DNA of 64,000 nt. It comes from Hydrolagus colliei (lineage: Eukaryota). The notes under the pieces were generated by a model. The model made no database searches. It saw nothing but the letters and a program-made list of their open reading frames with translations, and was not told the origin of the DNA. The DNA lies in NCBI GenBank assembly GCA_035084275.1, contig CM068769.1, positions 3,348,001 to 3,412,000 on the forward strand, written 5' to 3'. Positions 61,840 through 64,000 of this stretch are shown here, in pieces (the first letter of the stretch is position 1; each line of letters starts with the position of its first letter). The translations under genes and the position numbers were made by a program.

Positions 61840-63340
61840 TAATCTACTGAGATAGGGGATGGCTTGTCTATAATCTTACAAAAGTCTGTGGATACTGGAA
61901 AACTCCCCATTGTTTGGAAGATTGCAAACGAAACTCCACTATTTAAGAAGGCGAGAGAAAAAATGTGAAACTATAGACAAGTTGTAGGGAAAATTTGTGA
62001 GTCCTCAATAAAAGACCTAGTTATGGGATACCTTGAAGGCCATAACAAGATTGGGCACAGTCAATATGGCTTTTCAAAAGGGAAGTCAAGCTTGACTAAT
62101 CTTTTATAATTTTTTGAGGATTTATTCAGCAGGTTGGATAGTTGATGTGGTATATTCGCATTTTAGGAAGGCATTTGACAAGGTGCCACACAAAAGGCTG
62201 TTACTCAAGATTAAGGCCCACGGGATTAATGGGACAATATTAACATGGATAGAAGAGTGGCTATCGGGTAGAAAGCAGAGAGTAGCGACAAACGGATCAT
62301 TCTCGAATTGGCAGGATGTAACTAGTGAGGTGGCACAAGGATCAGTGCTTTGGCCTCATCTATTTACTATTTACATCAATGATCTGGACGAGGACATTGA
62401 ATGTTATATGTCTAAATTCGCGGATGACACTAAACTAGTCAGCAGAGTGAGCTCTGAGGAAGATGCAAAAAGATTGCAAAAAGATATAGATTGACTAGGG
62501 GAGTAGGCAACTTGGTGGTAGATGGATTTCAATCTTAGCAAGTGTGAACTTATTCACCTAGGTAGCAAGAATAAAAGAATAGATTATTTTCCAGAGGGGG
62601 AGAAGTTAGGTAGTGTTAGTATTCAAAGGGATTTGGGTGTCCTTGTACACCAGTACCAAAATGTTAGTTTGCAGGTGCAGCAAGCAACCAAGAAGGCGAA
62701 CGGCATGCTAGCGTTCATTTCAAAAGGTTTAGAGTATAAGAGTTGGCAAGTCTTCCAACTTCTGTATAGGGCTCTGGTGAGACCGAGTATTGTGTGCAGT
62801 TTTGGTCTCCTTATTTAAAAAAATGACATACTTGCCTTAGACGGGGTGCAGCGTAGATTCACTAGGTTAGTTCCTGGGATGAGGGGACTGACCTATGAGG
62901 ATAGGTTGAATAAACTAGGGCTGTGTTCTCTGGAGTACAGAAGAAATAGTGGGGGTAATTATTGATACATATAAGATTCTTAAAGGGCTAGATAAGGTAG
63001 ACACTGAGGGACTGTTTCCCCTGGTAGGAGAATCTATAACTAGGGTCACAGTCTTAAAATGAAGGGAAAGCCTTTTAGAACATAGTTGAGCAAACATTTC
63101 TTCACTTAGAGTGTAGTGAATTTATGGAATTTACTACCCCAGAAGGCTGTAGATGCTCAGTCCTTGAACATTGTCACGGCTGTGACTGATAGATTTTTGA
63201 AAAATAGAGGGATTAGGGGATATGGGGACAGGTCAGGTAATGAGAGATAGGTGAGAAGATCAGACATGATCTGATTAAATGTAGGAGCAGGATCGAGGGG
63301 CCGAATGGCCTAATCCTGCTTCTTAGTTTCTTATGTTCTT
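61840..63340 (+). mobile_element. Degenerate CR1 RT and 3' fragment
   Basis: ORFs 62114..62494 ([22 protein letters not shown]) and 62522..62818; tail tcttatgttcttat. Confidence 0.88.
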
Positions 63341-64000
63341 ATATTCCCAGGTCAGGAATAGATATAGAATAAAGCTCCCTCAACAATAACAAGAAATATT
63401 GAGTGTTTAGCTCCTATTACTTAGGAAGGACGTCCGAATGGCTGGTTGTTCACATACAAGTTAAAGCTCTCGGTACTCTGCGAATCAGTAAATGTGTGTG
63501 CAGTTAACTATCCTGGAGAGGAAAATTAGACAATTTTGTCTTCAATCCAGTCTACATGTCTTTGTTCAAACGCTTGGGCGTTCCGAAGGCAAATCAAGTC
63601 TGTTTTGTTTTAGTTTCATTCAAACCGTCCGTGTCATACATTGAACAATGCAAACAGTACCAATCTACCTGGTATATATCTAGTGCCTCTGAGTGAATGC
63701 TGAAATCACAGATATAGTACCGTAGATATAAGGTTAATGTCAGTGTACTTGTAAACCAAAGATCAAAGAGCCAAATAACTAGCATACGTCTCCAAATATA
63801 ACTGATGATATTGGCGACAGAATAAACGGTGAACATTACTCAAAATCATGGTCACATTGAAATCTTCCTGTTTGGTAAAGCTGACGGTGATCTACGGATA
63901 AGTAACCCCTAAATATCTAACTGTATTTCAAACTGTTCTTCTAAATATTTTGTCAGTGAGGCTTTTGCCGTGTTGATCCAAATAAAGGTTTTGATCACAT

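Overview
Eukaryotic genomic DNA with spliced genes, most likely from a cartilaginous fish. This is inferred from abundant CR1/L2 LINEs, DeuSINE/SacSINE1-like SINEs, expanded GPR139-like receptors and shark-type NLR LRR exons. The window is an immune-type duplication patchwork. (1) A head-to-head pair of non-rearranging, germline VJ-joined V-C1-TM immunoglobulin-superfamily genes: the minus-strand copy is disabled, and the plus-strand copy is open through its TM exon, which carries an arginine. (2) An orphan UQCC2 exon 1 fused to a histone H2B fragment, next to a small hairpin-rich element. (3) Two disabled GPR139-like GPCRs. (4) An intron-containing DAP3 (MRPS29) pseudogene with an AT-AG U12-type intron. 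(5) The main highlight: an apparently intact 10-exon, 542-aa gene that joins a TRIM RING/B-box/coiled-coil module to an extra coiled coil and six NLR/RI-type leucine-rich repeats, with no PRY-SPRY and no NACHT. (6) A pol-less endogenous retrovirus with a tRNA-Ser PBS and a gamma-type env remnant. (7) Two segmental duplications and a 134-N gap. All exon boundaries and frames were read by hand; no database searches or alignments were run.
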